Below are positions 29,003 through 38,526 of a DNA stretch of 64,000 nucleotides, piece after piece (position 1 is the stretch's first letter; each line of letters starts with the position of its first letter). The DNA is taken from contig SVMJ01000007.1 of NCBI GenBank assembly GCA_015067485.1, forward strand, positions 16,580 to 80,579. The letters run 5' to 3'. A program made the translations under genes and the position numbers. The notes below the pieces were generated by a model. That model did not search any database. It saw only the letters and a program-made list of their open reading frames with translations, and was not told the origin of the DNA. The DNA comes from Oscillospiraceae bacterium (lineage in GTDB: Bacteria > Bacillota > Clostridia > Oscillospirales > JAAYXM01).

Positions 29003-31222
29003 TTATCCCAATGTGATTTGTTGCTCTAAGGCGTCGACATCCTGAAGTCGTGCGCCCGCGGCAGGCAGTGAACGTGTTTGATAACGCGATACCTGCTGGA
29101 TACTGGAGCCTTCCAGTCTGCACGCATGGCGGAGCTTGTACTTGGGTTTGAGGGTCATGACCGAGACGCCCTGGGTATCGCGTGCCGCCTTCGGCGTGAG
29201 CGCGGAAGAATGGAACACGAGTGCGCGGTTTTCTGTGGAATAAAGCACGAATGCTTCTTCCTGCACTACATGGAACATGGCGACCACCGGAGACTTGCCT
29301 GAGTATGCACCGGTCAAGCGTTTGCGGTTGGTCTTGGTCTGATAGCCTGCGAGTGCGACCTTTGCTACCTTACCGTTTTCAAAGACGAACAAGAGATTGC
29401 CCTTGTAATCGCCGGGTAAGCAGATAAAGGTTGCGACTTCCCCTTCGTCCATACCCAGTTTGGTGGGCAGATAATCACCCAACACACTTGCCTTGGTGTC
29501 ATCAAACTCAGAGAGACGTGTTTTGTACACCTGCTGTTGATTGGTGAACACCAGCACTTCCGCACGGTTGGTGGTTTCAAACGTTTGGACGATTTCGTCC
29601 CCTTCCTTGCATTTCTGCTCGGAACTCATGCGCAGAGACTGCGGCGTGATTTTTTTGAAGTAACTCTCACGGCTCACAAACACGTGTACCGGGTAGTCGG
29701 GTGTATCGTCTTCTTCCGCAGACTCTTCAATCGCATAATCGTAGACGATTTCGGTTTTGCGTGGCTGGCCGTGTTTTTTCTCGATTTCCTCGAGCGTTTT
29801 GATAATGGTTTTGCGGATGCGTGCTTTGCTTCCAAGCAGGTCTTCCAGATCTTCGATCTCGCGTTCCAAATCAGAAGTTTCCGCAACGCGGCGCAAAATA
29901 TATTCCTTGTTGATGTTGCGGAGTTTGATTTCCGCCACGAATTCCGCCTGGATCTCGTCGATTCCGAAACCGATCATCAAGTTTGGCACAACTTCTGCTT
30001 CTTCTTCGGTGTTGCGGATGATCTCGATGGCGCGGTCAATGTCAAGCAGTATCTTTTTGAGACCTTTGAGTTTGTGGAGTTTGTCTTTCTTGCGTTCAAT
30101 GTCTGCAAAGACCTGACGGCGGACACATTCGATGCGCCATGCCACCCACTCTTCGATGACCTCGCCAACACCCATCACACGCGGATAGCCGCCGATCAAG
30201 ATGTTGAAGTTACAGGAAAAACTGTCTTGGAGCGGGGTCATACGGAAAAGTTTCTGCATGAGTTTTTCAGGATCGGTGCCACGCTTTAAGTCGACCGTGA
30301 GTTTAAGACCTTCTTTATCCGACTCATCGCGCATATCCGAAATTTCACGCAGTTTCCCCGCTTTGGCGAGTTCGCTGACTTTGTCGATGACCGCTTCGAT
30401 GGTGGTGGTATACGGTACTTCGAAAATCTCAATCAAGTGGTTCTTCTTGTCAAAGCGCCATTTTGCGCGGAGTTTGAACGAACCGCGACCCGTGCGATAG
30501 ATTTCTTCCATTTCCTGACGGTTGTAAAGCAATTCCGCACCGGTCGGGAAATCGGGCGCTTTCAGCGTGGAGAGAAGATCATGCTCAGGGTTTTTGATAT
30601 ATTCGATGGTGGTTTTGCAGACTTCGGACAGGTTGAATCCGCAGATGTTGGATGCCATACCGACTGCGATGCCCGTATTTGCCGCAACCAAAACATTCGG
30701 GAAGCCCGTGGGAAGCAAGGTGGGTTCCTGCATGGTGTTATCGTAGTTTGGCACAAATTCCACCATATCATGAATGTCACGGAACAGTTCCTGACAGATG
30801 GGTGCGAGTTTTGCTTCGGTGTAGCGCGACGCGGCGTATGCCATATCGCGGGAATAACTCTTACCGAAGTTACCTTTGGAATCCACAAACGGGTGCAACA
30901 GTGCTTCATTGCTCTTTGCAAGGCGTACCATGGTCTCATAAATCGCGGCATCGCCGTGGGGGTTGAGTTTCATGGTCTGACCCACGATGTTTGCGGATTT
31001 GGTGCGCTTGCCGTTCAGCAGTCCCATCGTGTACATGGTGTACAGAAGTTTGCGCTGAGACGGCTTGAACCCGTCGATCTCGGGGATCGCGCGGGACACG
31101 ATGACCGACATGGCATACGGCATGTAGTTGGTTTCCAGCGTTTCGGTGATCTGCTGTTCGATGACATCCGCATGAAGCCCAAAAATTTCAGTTGTATCGT
31201 CTTGTTTTTTCTGTCTTGCCAT
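29003..31222 (-). CDS. parC: Type IIA topoisomerase subunit A (ParC-like; a GyrA paralogue is not excluded)
   Basis: NYMPYAMSVIVSRAIPEIDGFKPSQRKLLY, and an active-site Tyr region AASRYTE. At 739 aa it is shorter than a typical GyrA. Confidence 0.8.
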   Translation of the reverse strand: MARQKKQDDTTEIFGLHADVIEQQITETLETNYMPYAMSVIVSRAIPEIDGFKPSQRKLLYTMYTMGLLNGKRTKSANIVGQTMKLNPHGDAAIYETMVRLAKSNEALLHPFVDSKGNFGKSYSRDMAYAASRYTEAKLAPICQELFRDIHDMVEFVPNYDNTMQEPTLLPTGFPNVLVAANTGIAVGMASNICGFNLSEVCKTTIEYIKNPEHDLLSTLKAPDFPTGAELLYNRQEMEEIYRTGRGSFKLRAKWRFDKKNHLIEIFEVPYTTTIEAVIDKVSELAKAGKLREISDMRDESDKEGLKLTVDLKRGTDPEKLMQKLFRMTPLQDSFSCNFNILIGGYPRVMGVGEVIEEWVAWRIECVRRQVFADIERKKDKLHKLKGLKKILLDIDRAIEIIRNTEEEAEVVPNLMIGFGIDEIQAEFVAEIKLRNINKEYILRRVAETSDLEREIEDLEDLLGSKARIRKTIIKTLEEIEKKHGQPRKTEIVYDYAIEESAEEDDTPDYPVHVFVSRESYFKKITPQSLRMSSEQKCKEGDEIVQTFETTNRAEVLVFTNQQQVYKTRLSEFDDTKASVLGDYLPTKLGMDEGEVATFICLPGDYKGNLLFVFENGKVAKVALAGYQTKTNRKRLTGAYSGKSPVVAMFHVVQEEAFVLYSTENRALVFHSSALTPKAARDTQGVSVMTLKPKYKLRHACRLEGSSIQQVSRYQTRSLPAAGARLQDVDALEQQITLG

Positions 31223-31245
31223 GCTACAAATTCCTTTCCGCAGAT

Positions 31246-33240
31246 TTACGAAACGTCAGCCGCATCTAAATACTTCCAGCCGTTTTCCGCGATGAATTCT
31301 TTTCTGCCTGCCAGGTTGTCACCCAAGAGCAGGTCGAACATCGCCTCGGTTGCGGCTTCCACGCTGCTCGGAGTGACTTGGATCAAGCGGCGTGTTTCCG
31401 GATTCATGGTGGTCATCCACATCATATCCGGTTCGTTTTCACCCAGACCTTTGCTGCGCTGCAAAGTGTACTTCCCTTGCGGCAGGTCTTCTACGATTTT
31501 GTTTTTATCTGCATCGGAATAAGCGAAATAGGTTTTGTTTCCGCAGGTGATCTCATAGAGCGGGGTTTCCGCGATGAATACATACCCTTCGCGGATAAGT
31601 GTGGGTACCAAGCGATAGAGCATGGTGAGAATCAGCGTACGGATCTGGAATCCGTCGACATCTGCGTCGGTACAGATAACGACGCGCTTCCAGCGCAGTT
31701 GTGCAAGATCAAAACTTGCGATGTCTTTCGCGTGCTTGCCACTCACTTCCACCCCGCAACCTAAGACGCGGAGCAGATCGGTGATGATCTCGCTCTTGAA
31801 GATTTTGGGGAGTTCGGCTTTCAGGCAGTTGAGAATCTTACCACGGACCGGCATGATTGCCTGAAACTCCGAGTCGCGCGCCTGCTTACAAGCGCCCGCC
31901 GCGGAGTCGCCTTCCACGATATAGAGTTCACGCGCTTCGGTATCGCGGGAACGGCAGTCGATGAATTTCTGCACGCGGCTTGTGATGTCAAGCCCACCCT
32001 GCAGTTTCTTTTTAACCGTCAAACGCGCTTTTTCCGCATTTTCACGACTGCGTTTGTTGATGAGTACTTGATTTGCGATTTTCTCCGCTTCGTCGCGGTT
32101 TTCGATGAAATAGATCTCAAGTTGTGTGCGCAAAAACTCGGTCATGCACTCTTGGACAAATTTATTGGTGATCGATTTCTTGGTCTGGTTTTCATAGGAC
32201 GTGATGGTGGAGAAGTTATTGCTGATGAGCAGCAAACTCTCCGCAATGTCCGCAAAGGTGATCTTGGACTCGTTTTTCTGATACTTGTTGTTTTGGCGGA
32301 GATAGGCATCCAGTCCCGATACGAATGCACTGCGCATTGCCTTTTCGGGAGAGCCGCCGTGTTCCAACCAGGATGAGTTGTGGTAATGCTCCACCTTGGG
32401 GTCTAAATTGGTAAAGCAAAATGCACAGGACAGGCGGACTTTGTACTCGGGTTTGTCTTCGCGGTCGCGACCTTTGCGCTCGGCATTCCAAACCTGCGGT
32501 TCGGTGAGCGCGGTCTCGCCCGCAAGTTCGCGGACATAGTCCGCGATGCCGTTGGGATATAAAAACTCGACGGTTTCAAATTTGCCACCGGTCTGGTATT
32601 TGAATTTGAAATTAACACCCGCATTGACCACCGCCTGGCGCTTGAGCACTTCCATAAAGTGTTCGGGCGGGATGGCAATATCGGTGAAAACGTCAAGGTC
32701 GGGGCGCCAGCGGATACGGGTCCCCGTCTTTTTATTACGGTCGGTGGGCTCGGTTTTGAGTCCGCCGATGTTTTCGCCCTTTTCAAAGTGGAGTGAGTAT
32801 TTGTTCCCATCTCGCCAGACCGTAACGTCCATATACTCACTCGCGTACTGGGTCGCACAAGAGCCGAGACCGTTCAGCCCCAGCGAATATTCGTAACTGA
32901 AACCGTCGTTGTTCTGGTACTTGCCGCCTGCGTACAATTCGCAGAAGACCAGTTCCCAGTTATAGCGGTTTTCGTTTTTATTAAAATCGACCGGACATCC
33001 GCGTCCCGCGTCTTCTACTTCGATGGAATGGTCTTCAAAGAGCGTGACCAAAACCGTATCGCCGTAGCCTTCACGCGCTTCGTCGATGGAGTTGGAAATG
33101 ATTTCAAACGCGGAATGAGCGCAACCGTCCAACCCGTCTGATCCAAAGATGACCGCCGGGCGTTTACGGACGCGATCTGCGCCTTTGAGCGACGAAATAC
33201 TCTCGTTGCCGTATCCGGATTGTGTGTTTTTCTGTCCCAT
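31246..33240 (-). CDS. parE: Type IIA topoisomerase subunit B (ParE-like)
   Basis: GHKL ATPase N-terminus, a Toprim motif (LYIVEGDSAAG), and PLRGKILN-like VRGKILN. Confidence 0.8.
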   Translation of the reverse strand: MGQKNTQSGYGNESISSLKGADRVRKRPAVIFGSDGLDGCAHSAFEIISNSIDEAREGYGDTVLVTLFEDHSIEVEDAGRGCPVDFNKNENRYNWELVFCELYAGGKYQNNDGFSYEYSLGLNGLGSCATQYASEYMDVTVWRDGNKYSLHFEKGENIGGLKTEPTDRNKKTGTRIRWRPDLDVFTDIAIPPEHFMEVLKRQAVVNAGVNFKFKYQTGGKFETVEFLYPNGIADYVRELAGETALTEPQVWNAERKGRDREDKPEYKVRLSCAFCFTNLDPKVEHYHNSSWLEHGGSPEKAMRSAFVSGLDAYLRQNNKYQKNESKITFADIAESLLLISNNFSTITSYENQTKKSITNKFVQECMTEFLRTQLEIYFIENRDEAEKIANQVLINKRSRENAEKARLTVKKKLQGGLDITSRVQKFIDCRSRDTEARELYIVEGDSAAGACKQARDSEFQAIMPVRGKILNCLKAELPKIFKSEIITDLLRVLGCGVEVSGKHAKDIASFDLAQLRWKRVVICTDADVDGFQIRTLILTMLYRLVPTLIREGYVFIAETPLYEITCGNKTYFAYSDADKNKIVEDLPQGKYTLQRSKGLGENEPDMMWMTTMNPETRRLIQVTPSSVEAATEAMFDLLLGDNLAGRKEFIAENGWKYLDAADVS

Positions 33241-33381
33241 AAAAACCTCCGTATTTAGAAGTTAATTCTTATTATAACACTAAATACAGAAAAATCCAAG
33301 GATATATTTTGATTTTTTAGAAGTCTTTGCATATTATTACACCTCCTTCATATACTGAAAACAAAAAGGAGGTTTTACAGA

Positions 33382-33711
33382 ATGGATCATCCCTTGAAAC
33401 AGACACAGACAAGCCGTGAGCGTTTTTTTAATTTCCTCACACTTTTGCGCATCCGCATTTCATGCGCCGCGCACGCGCTGTTTGACTTAAAGACCGCGGA
33501 TACCGAACGCCGTATGAAGCAGGACCTGCTGACTGAACTGAATCACTCGCTCAGCAACATCCGTGCCACCCGCTCGGCATTCCGTGAAGCAACCGACTCG
33601 GATTTGATCGAAGCGCTGATTTTTGAACTCAAGTCCGAAGAGGCGCGTTATAACTTTTTGCTCAAAAAAGCAAAAGATGCCGAGCTGACCCGTTCAGCTC
33701 GACATCAATAG
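33382..33711 (+). CDS. yaaL: YaaL family protein (DUF2508)
   Basis: Small helical protein with ELKSEEARYNFLLKKAKD. It lies immediately upstream of bofA, as in B. subtilis yaaL-bofA. Confidence 0.65.
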   Translation: MDHPLKQTQTSRERFFNFLTLLRIRISCAAHALFDLKTADTERRMKQDLLTELNHSLSNIRATRSAFREATDSDLIEALIFELKSEEARYNFLLKKAKDAELTRSARHQ

Positions 33712-33723
33712 GAGGATTCCCGT

Positions 33724-33936
33724 GTGTTTCTTGTTGCACTTGGATTTCTGATTGCATTCCTTGTATGTTTCCGCCCGGTGCGCACTGCATTACGCCCGTT
33801 TCTTGCCGTCATAGGGCTTCTTGCTTGTAATGCGCTGGGCGTGCCGCTCGGCATCAACTTTCTCACCATTGTCTTTGTAACCGTCTTGGGCATTCCCGGG
33901 CTTTGCACACTTCTTGCAATTTACACTTTGGTTTGA
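33724..33936 (+). CDS. bofA: Pro-sigma-K processing inhibitor BofA
   Basis: Two-TM 70-aa protein ending [25 protein letters not shown], a BofA-like motif. Synteny with yaaL supports the call. Confidence 0.75.
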   Translation: MFLVALGFLIAFLVCFRPVRTALRPFLAVIGLLACNALGVPLGINFLTIVFVTVLGIPGLCTLLAIYTLV

Positions 33937-34691
33937 GCCGCTCCTTGCAAATGCAGATGCAGACGGTCTGCAATCATTGCGATAAACTCGGAGTTTGTGG
34001 GTTTGCCTTTGTCATTGGACACCGTATACCCAAAGAGTTTATTGAGTACATCCACATCGCCCCGGCTCCATGCAGTCTCGATCGCATGACGGATTGCGCG
34101 TTCCACACGCGACGGTGTGGTGGAAAACTTCTTTGCGATACTGGGATACAAAATCTTCGTGATCGCATTGATACTGTCAAGGTCATTGACCGCCATGATG
34201 ATCGCTTCGCGCACATAGTGGTAGCCTTTGATGTGTGCGGGAATGCCAACCTCGTGAATGATATTCGTAACCGCGACTTCCAACCGCTCGTTTCCGAAAC
34301 GTTCTTCTACCGCTCCTTCGGTGCGGTTCAATATCCCGCGAATACGCTCAGCCACAATGGGCACCGAGAACGGTTTTTGGAAACAGTAGACCACGCCCGC
34401 TTTGACCGCTTGTCCCATCACCGCGTCAATGTTAAACGAGGAGTACATAATCATCGCAGGTGTGTCCGCACCAAACATCTTTTGAATCTCCTGCGCGACA
34501 CCTACTCCGTCAAGTTCGGGAAGCACACTGCTGAGCAGTACCACATCCGGCTTGTTCAGACTGATTTTGGCAATCGCATCCCTTCCGCTATGCGCTTGTC
34601 CCACCACTTCCATATCGCCTTCGCGCTGAAGTGCTTCTTCCAGTTGTGCGCTGAATTCTTCGCTCTCATCAATCAAGAAAATTCGTATCAT
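33921..34691 (-). CDS. spo0A: Sporulation master regulator Spo0A, with an atypical receiver domain
   Basis: The C-terminal domain is near-identical to the Spo0A signature ([14 protein letters not shown]...[31 protein letters not shown]...[21 protein letters not shown]). The N-terminal receiver fold reads [15 protein letters not shown]. Confidence 0.9.
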   Translation of the reverse strand: MIRIFLIDESEEFSAQLEEALQREGDMEVVGQAHSGRDAIAKISLNKPDVVLLSSVLPELDGVGVAQEIQKMFGADTPAMIMYSSFNIDAVMGQAVKAGVVYCFQKPFSVPIVAERIRGILNRTEGAVEERFGNERLEVAVTNIIHEVGIPAHIKGYHYVREAIIMAVNDLDSINAITKILYPSIAKKFSTTPSRVERAIRHAIETAWSRGDVDVLNKLFGYTVSNDKGKPTNSEFIAMIADRLHLHLQGAAQTKV

Positions 34692-34796
34692 AATTCCATA
34701 GTCCTTCCTGTCATTTTACTCCGGTCGACTTTAATTTACCATATTTTGGAAAATATTGCAATAGTTTATTGGAAATTTATGGAATTTTTTATATGA

Positions 34797-34829
34797 CAAA
34801 AAAGTCCGGTGTTCGACACCGGACTTTTC
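34797..34829 (-). terminator. Terminator after mgtC
   Basis: AGTCCGGTG / CACCGGACT stem with a TTCGA loop, flanked by A and T runs. Confidence 0.7.
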
Positions 34830-34839
34830 CCTTTTGGTT

Positions 34840-35496
34840 TTACTCGCCTTCCACGAAGACCACGCCTTCAATTTCGCATAGTGCATCGATTTTGTCGTGG
34901 ATGGAATCATCTGCGGTCACGCGGATCCCGAGATGACCTTGCGCCTTACTTTTCGGCGGCATAAATGTATGGGTAATCTCGATCTCCACCACACCTTCAA
35001 TTTCTTTTACCAGCTGGTTTGCATGGTACATATCATCGATCTCGATGTAGAGCACTTCGCTTTGCTTGCGCTTGCGTTCAAACTTGGAAAAAAACGTAAC
35101 CGCGGTAAATGCTAAGAGTGCTGCGATCAGCGCGCCGCTATAGAAGCCGTAGCCGAGCGCGATGCCAATGATACTGGTGGTCCACACACCTGCCGCGGTG
35201 GTAAGACCCATGATGGTATTGTTGTTTTTCAGAATGATCATACCGGCACCAAGGAAACCGATGCCCGAGATGACCTGTGCGGAGATACGGAGCACATCTC
35301 CGCCATACCCCATGACATCGCTGACGTAAACACCCGTTAGTGCGGTTACCGCACCGCCGATGCAGACCAGAATGTGGGTGCGCAATCCCGCCGCACGACC
35401 GTGCCGGGCACGTTCGCTGCCAATCATGCCACCCACCAAGACCGCCAGGAACAGACGGATGAGCACTTCAATCAAAAAGGCCATATTATTCGACAT
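34840..35496 (-). CDS. mgtC: MgtC/SapB family membrane protein
   Basis: RLFLAVLVGGMIGSERARHGRAAGLRTHILVCIGG is the MgtC signature. An ACT-like C-terminal domain follows. Confidence 0.88.
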   Translation of the reverse strand: MSNNMAFLIEVLIRLFLAVLVGGMIGSERARHGRAAGLRTHILVCIGGAVTALTGVYVSDVMGYGGDVLRISAQVISGIGFLGAGMIILKNNNTIMGLTTAAGVWTTSIIGIALGYGFYSGALIAALLAFTAVTFFSKFERKRKQSEVLYIEIDDMYHANQLVKEIEGVVEIEITHTFMPPKSKAQGHLGIRVTADDSIHDKIDALCEIEGVVFVEGE

Positions 35497-35557
35497 TTTT
35501 CTTCACCTCGTTTATATTTTAACATACTTTTGGTTCAATGTATAGTGCAAATTTCAT

Positions 35558-35586
35558 TTGACACACCGACCACTCCCCCCTATAAT
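35558..35586 (+). promoter_or_regulatory. Consensus sigma-A promoter: TTGACA, 17 nt, TATAAT
   Basis: TTGACA at 35558-35563, 17-nt spacer, TATAAT at 35581-35586. It lies upstream of the 35618 start, which has a GGAGGAG RBS. Confidence 0.7.
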
Positions 35587-35617
35587 GAATTTATCACTTC
35601 ATCCTATGGAGGAGACT

Positions 35618-36412
35618 ATGCCGAATATTATTCCGATCACAGATTTTCTCGCGCCTGAACTGGATATCTATGCGCGCTTTTCCGAAGCGCAGCTCTTAAA
35701 CCGCGAACATCCCGAAGACGGGATATTTTTGGCGGAAAGCCCGCGTGTGATTGAGCGCGCGCTTGATGCGGGGTATGAGCCGATCTCGGTGCTCAGCGAA
35801 GAGATCCAAACGGGTGACCCGATTCTGACTCGCATGGGTGATATCCCGATTTTTTCAGCACCCTATGAAGTACTGAAAAACCTGACCGGGTTTTATCTCA
35901 CCCGTGGGATGCTCTGCGCCATGCGTCGTAAACCGCTCGCCACGATTTCCGATGTTTGTAAAAACGCACGCAGAGTCGCGGTGCTCGAAGATGTGCAAAA
36001 CCCAACCAATGTTGGCGCGATCTTCCGCTCCGCCGCCGCGCTTGGAATGGACGCGGTTCTGCTGACTTCAAACTGTTCCAACCCCCTATACCGACGCGCC
36101 ATTCGCGTGAGCATGGGGACTGTGTTCCAAATCCCGTGGACGTTTGTGTACGATAACTGGCTGGACAAACTCAAAACACTTGGATTTCAAACGGTCGCCA
36201 CCGCGCTGTGCGAAGATTCCCGTTCGGTGTCTGACCCCGTATTCCAAAGCATCCCAAAACTCGCGGTGTTGCTTGGAACCGAAGGCGACGGGCTGATGGC
36301 GAACACCATCTCTGAGTGCGACTACACGGTGAAAATCCCCATGGCACACGGGGTGGATTCTCTCAACGTTGCCGCGGCTTCCGCGGTGGTCTTTTGGGAA
36401 CTCGGAAAATGA
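35618..36412 (+). CDS. TrmH/SpoU family RNA 2'-O-methyltransferase
   Basis: SpoU_sub_bind-like N-terminus, then LEDVQNPTNVGAIFRSAAALG and IPM..GVDSLNVAAA motifs. Confidence 0.85.
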   Translation: MPNIIPITDFLAPELDIYARFSEAQLLNREHPEDGIFLAESPRVIERALDAGYEPISVLSEEIQTGDPILTRMGDIPIFSAPYEVLKNLTGFYLTRGMLCAMRRKPLATISDVCKNARRVAVLEDVQNPTNVGAIFRSAAALGMDAVLLTSNCSNPLYRRAIRVSMGTVFQIPWTFVYDNWLDKLKTLGFQTVATALCEDSRSVSDPVFQSIPKLAVLLGTEGDGLMANTISECDYTVKIPMAHGVDSLNVAAASAVVFWELGK

Positions 36413-36445
36413 AAAACGGTGGGCAAGTGCCCACCGTTTCTTTAT
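36412..36445. terminator. Bidirectional terminator
   Basis: ACGGTGGGC / GCCCACCGT stem with an AAGT loop, flanked by A and T runs. Confidence 0.7.
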
Positions 36446-37710
36446 TTCTTACAAAGCAGGAAGTAGAGCCACAGGACCGTGTAACGGTCTTTAAGATCTT
36501 TTGCATACCAGATACAATCGTCGATTTTCTGCATTCCATAGAGTTCTTCAAATTCGGAGAAGTCAAGCCCTGCGACACGCAAAATCTCGGTGATTTTTTC
36601 ACTCGATGGGACTTCGCTTAAAATGGTGCGGATCTCGTCCCATTTTTCACGATAGATGGTTTCGTAGTCCTTGTCGTAGAATCCGCACTTCTTTTGAAGT
36701 GCGATAACACCGTCGGATGCGGCGCCATAGCGTTTGCGAATCTCTTCTTCCCACACGCTCACATCGTGCGAATAGGCTGCACGCACACCCTCGAGTGCAA
36801 GCAGTTCTTCGCGCATTTTCTGTGTAACCACGGTGGAGTATGCCACGTCGATACCGTGCAAGAAATACTCTTCCGAGTTCAAAATACCAACGATTTCAAA
36901 ATAGTGCGACAGGTGATGTTCACTACCGGAAGCCGGGCGGGAATTGCCCACAAAACTCATCGCAATCCCCACGATGACCAGTGCTTCCATGAGTGTTTGG
37001 ATCGCGGTCTCATCACGGGTTTGGATGCCGTCTGCCAGCGCTTCGGTTTTGAGCACGGTGTCGTAGACCAAGTTATAAATCTCGTCGCAGAAATACTCGT
37101 CGTTTACGCATTTTGCGAGTTTCCAGTCATTGAGTGCGGAATATTTGCCGATAATATCGCCAAAACCGGACTGGATCATACGCATCGGTGCTGTTTTGAG
37201 CACGTCCACATCACCGATGATCACGGCGGGAACGCGTGCGTTGAAGGTGGTTTTCATATTCTCGGTAATCATGGCGGCGCCTACCGATGCATAGCCGTCC
37301 ATCGACGGTGCGGTAGCGACGATGAAATAGCGCAGGTCATGACAGAAACTCACGTGCTTGCACAAGTCATTCACCACGCCCGAACCGATGCCCAGAATCA
37401 AATCGGTATCGCTTGTCAAAACTTCTTCCACGCGGGCGATTGCGTCTTCATTCGGGATTAAAATCGTATCACCGGGGAATACAATTTTATCAGCGAGATG
37501 TGCGCCTAAAATTTCAACCACGCGGTCGCCGCAAGTCGCATAGGTGTTTTCGTCCGCGACGAGCAGAATATTTGAATATTCGGCGCAAAGCGTGCTGAGC
37601 GCTTCGACCGCGCCGGGGCGCACTACCACGTGCTTGATATCGCAAGTATGCGCACGACCGCAAGCACAGGCTTTATTTCCGTTTAACAATGTTTGAATCA
37701 TAGCAGTCAC
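36442..37710 (-). CDS. sn-glycerol-1-phosphate dehydrogenase-like (AraM/EgsA type, iron-containing ADH superfamily)
   Basis: GIGSGVVNDLCK, PSMDGYAS, GDIIGKYSALNDW and SGSEHHLSHYFE...HG motifs match G1PDH/AraM rather than classical Fe-ADH. Confidence 0.7.
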   Translation of the reverse strand: MTAMIQTLLNGNKACACGRAHTCDIKHVVVRPGAVEALSTLCAEYSNILLVADENTYATCGDRVVEILGAHLADKIVFPGDTILIPNEDAIARVEEVLTSDTDLILGIGSGVVNDLCKHVSFCHDLRYFIVATAPSMDGYASVGAAMITENMKTTFNARVPAVIIGDVDVLKTAPMRMIQSGFGDIIGKYSALNDWKLAKCVNDEYFCDEIYNLVYDTVLKTEALADGIQTRDETAIQTLMEALVIVGIAMSFVGNSRPASGSEHHLSHYFEIVGILNSEEYFLHGIDVAYSTVVTQKMREELLALEGVRAAYSHDVSVWEEEIRKRYGAASDGVIALQKKCGFYDKDYETIYREKWDEIRTILSEVPSSEKITEILRVAGLDFSEFEELYGMQKIDDCIWYAKDLKDRYTVLWLYFLLCKK

Positions 37711-37713
37711 CTC

Positions 37714-38445
37714 TTACAGAAACGGTTTCATGACTTTGGGGAAATCACGGTAATCATCAATGGTAACGAAATTGAAATCCGAGAGATAGACCGACTCGTC
37801 GTTTCCGCCCATGCCGTAATCATCACCAACGTATGCCACTTCATCGTGTGCATAGCCGTGTTCTTTACAATACAAATCCAATGCATAATACTTATTATAG
37901 GGCTTCGGTGCCATATCAAACGAAGACGATCCGCCCACGAAGACGGTGTATTCGGGGAATGTTTCGCATACGTCTGCATAGATTTTTCTGCGTTTTACGC
38001 GATCGGGGTCAAATGCGAGTTTGTCGTTGATATCCGCTTTGGTTCCCAAAATCGGGAACGTTACGCAACCCGATGCGTGATATTCCACGTTATCGCCGAC
38101 ATATTCGGTATAGCCATATTTCTCACGCAGTGCGGTCACACGCTCTTCGACCGATGCGCGGTCACACGGTAAGATAGCGTCTTTGACCAGTGCAATGTCT
38201 TTTTTCTCGGGATCATAAACCGCTTCCTGCAGACCGTAGTTTCCCAAGATGGAAATGGGGTACTCTTCCATCTGATTGAAAATGCGGCGGCACATCCCCG
38301 CCCCTGCCATTAAGAGCGTATATTTCTTTGCGAGCGCGTCCAAAACCGCGCGGTGCTCGGGAGAAAGTTTACTTTTATGCTGGGTCATCGTACCGTCTAA
38401 ATCGAAAGCGATGAGCCGAATTTTACTCACATCCATACCATTCAC
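37714..38445 (-). CDS. HAD-IIB family hydrolase (sugar/polyol phosphatase or mutase-like)
   Basis: DxD motif LIAFDLDGTMT, a cap of IIB type, and C-terminal GDD..GGNDE. It ends 4 nt before the G1PDH-like gene starts. Confidence 0.8.
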   Translation of the reverse strand: MNGMDVSKIRLIAFDLDGTMTQHKSKLSPEHRAVLDALAKKYTLLMAGAGMCRRIFNQMEEYPISILGNYGLQEAVYDPEKKDIALVKDAILPCDRASVEERVTALREKYGYTEYVGDNVEYHASGCVTFPILGTKADINDKLAFDPDRVKRRKIYADVCETFPEYTVFVGGSSSFDMAPKPYNKYYALDLYCKEHGYAHDEVAYVGDDYGMGGNDESVYLSDFNFVTIDDYRDFPKVMKPFL

Positions 38446-38526
38446 CTTGACCTTTCTTTTTCTTCATGATAATATTACACCAAATCATTCACTCACGCAA
38501 GTAACATTCTGAAAAGGAGTGAGAAC

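Noticed and set aside
29003-33240. Considered calling the topoisomerase pair gyrB-gyrA.
   Set aside because: The A subunit is short (739 aa) and the B subunit N-terminus (RKRPAVIFGSDGLDG) differs from the canonical GyrB start, so ParE/ParC-like is preferred. Without phylogeny, a second gyrase-like enzyme cannot be excluded.
34812-34818. A perfect Spo0A 0A-box (TGTCGAA on the minus strand) about 120 bp upstream of spo0A.
   Set aside because: It sits in the loop of the mgtC terminator. A single 7-mer is expected several times by chance in a 64-kb window on two strands. No second box or recognisable sigma-H/sigma-A dual promoter context was found.
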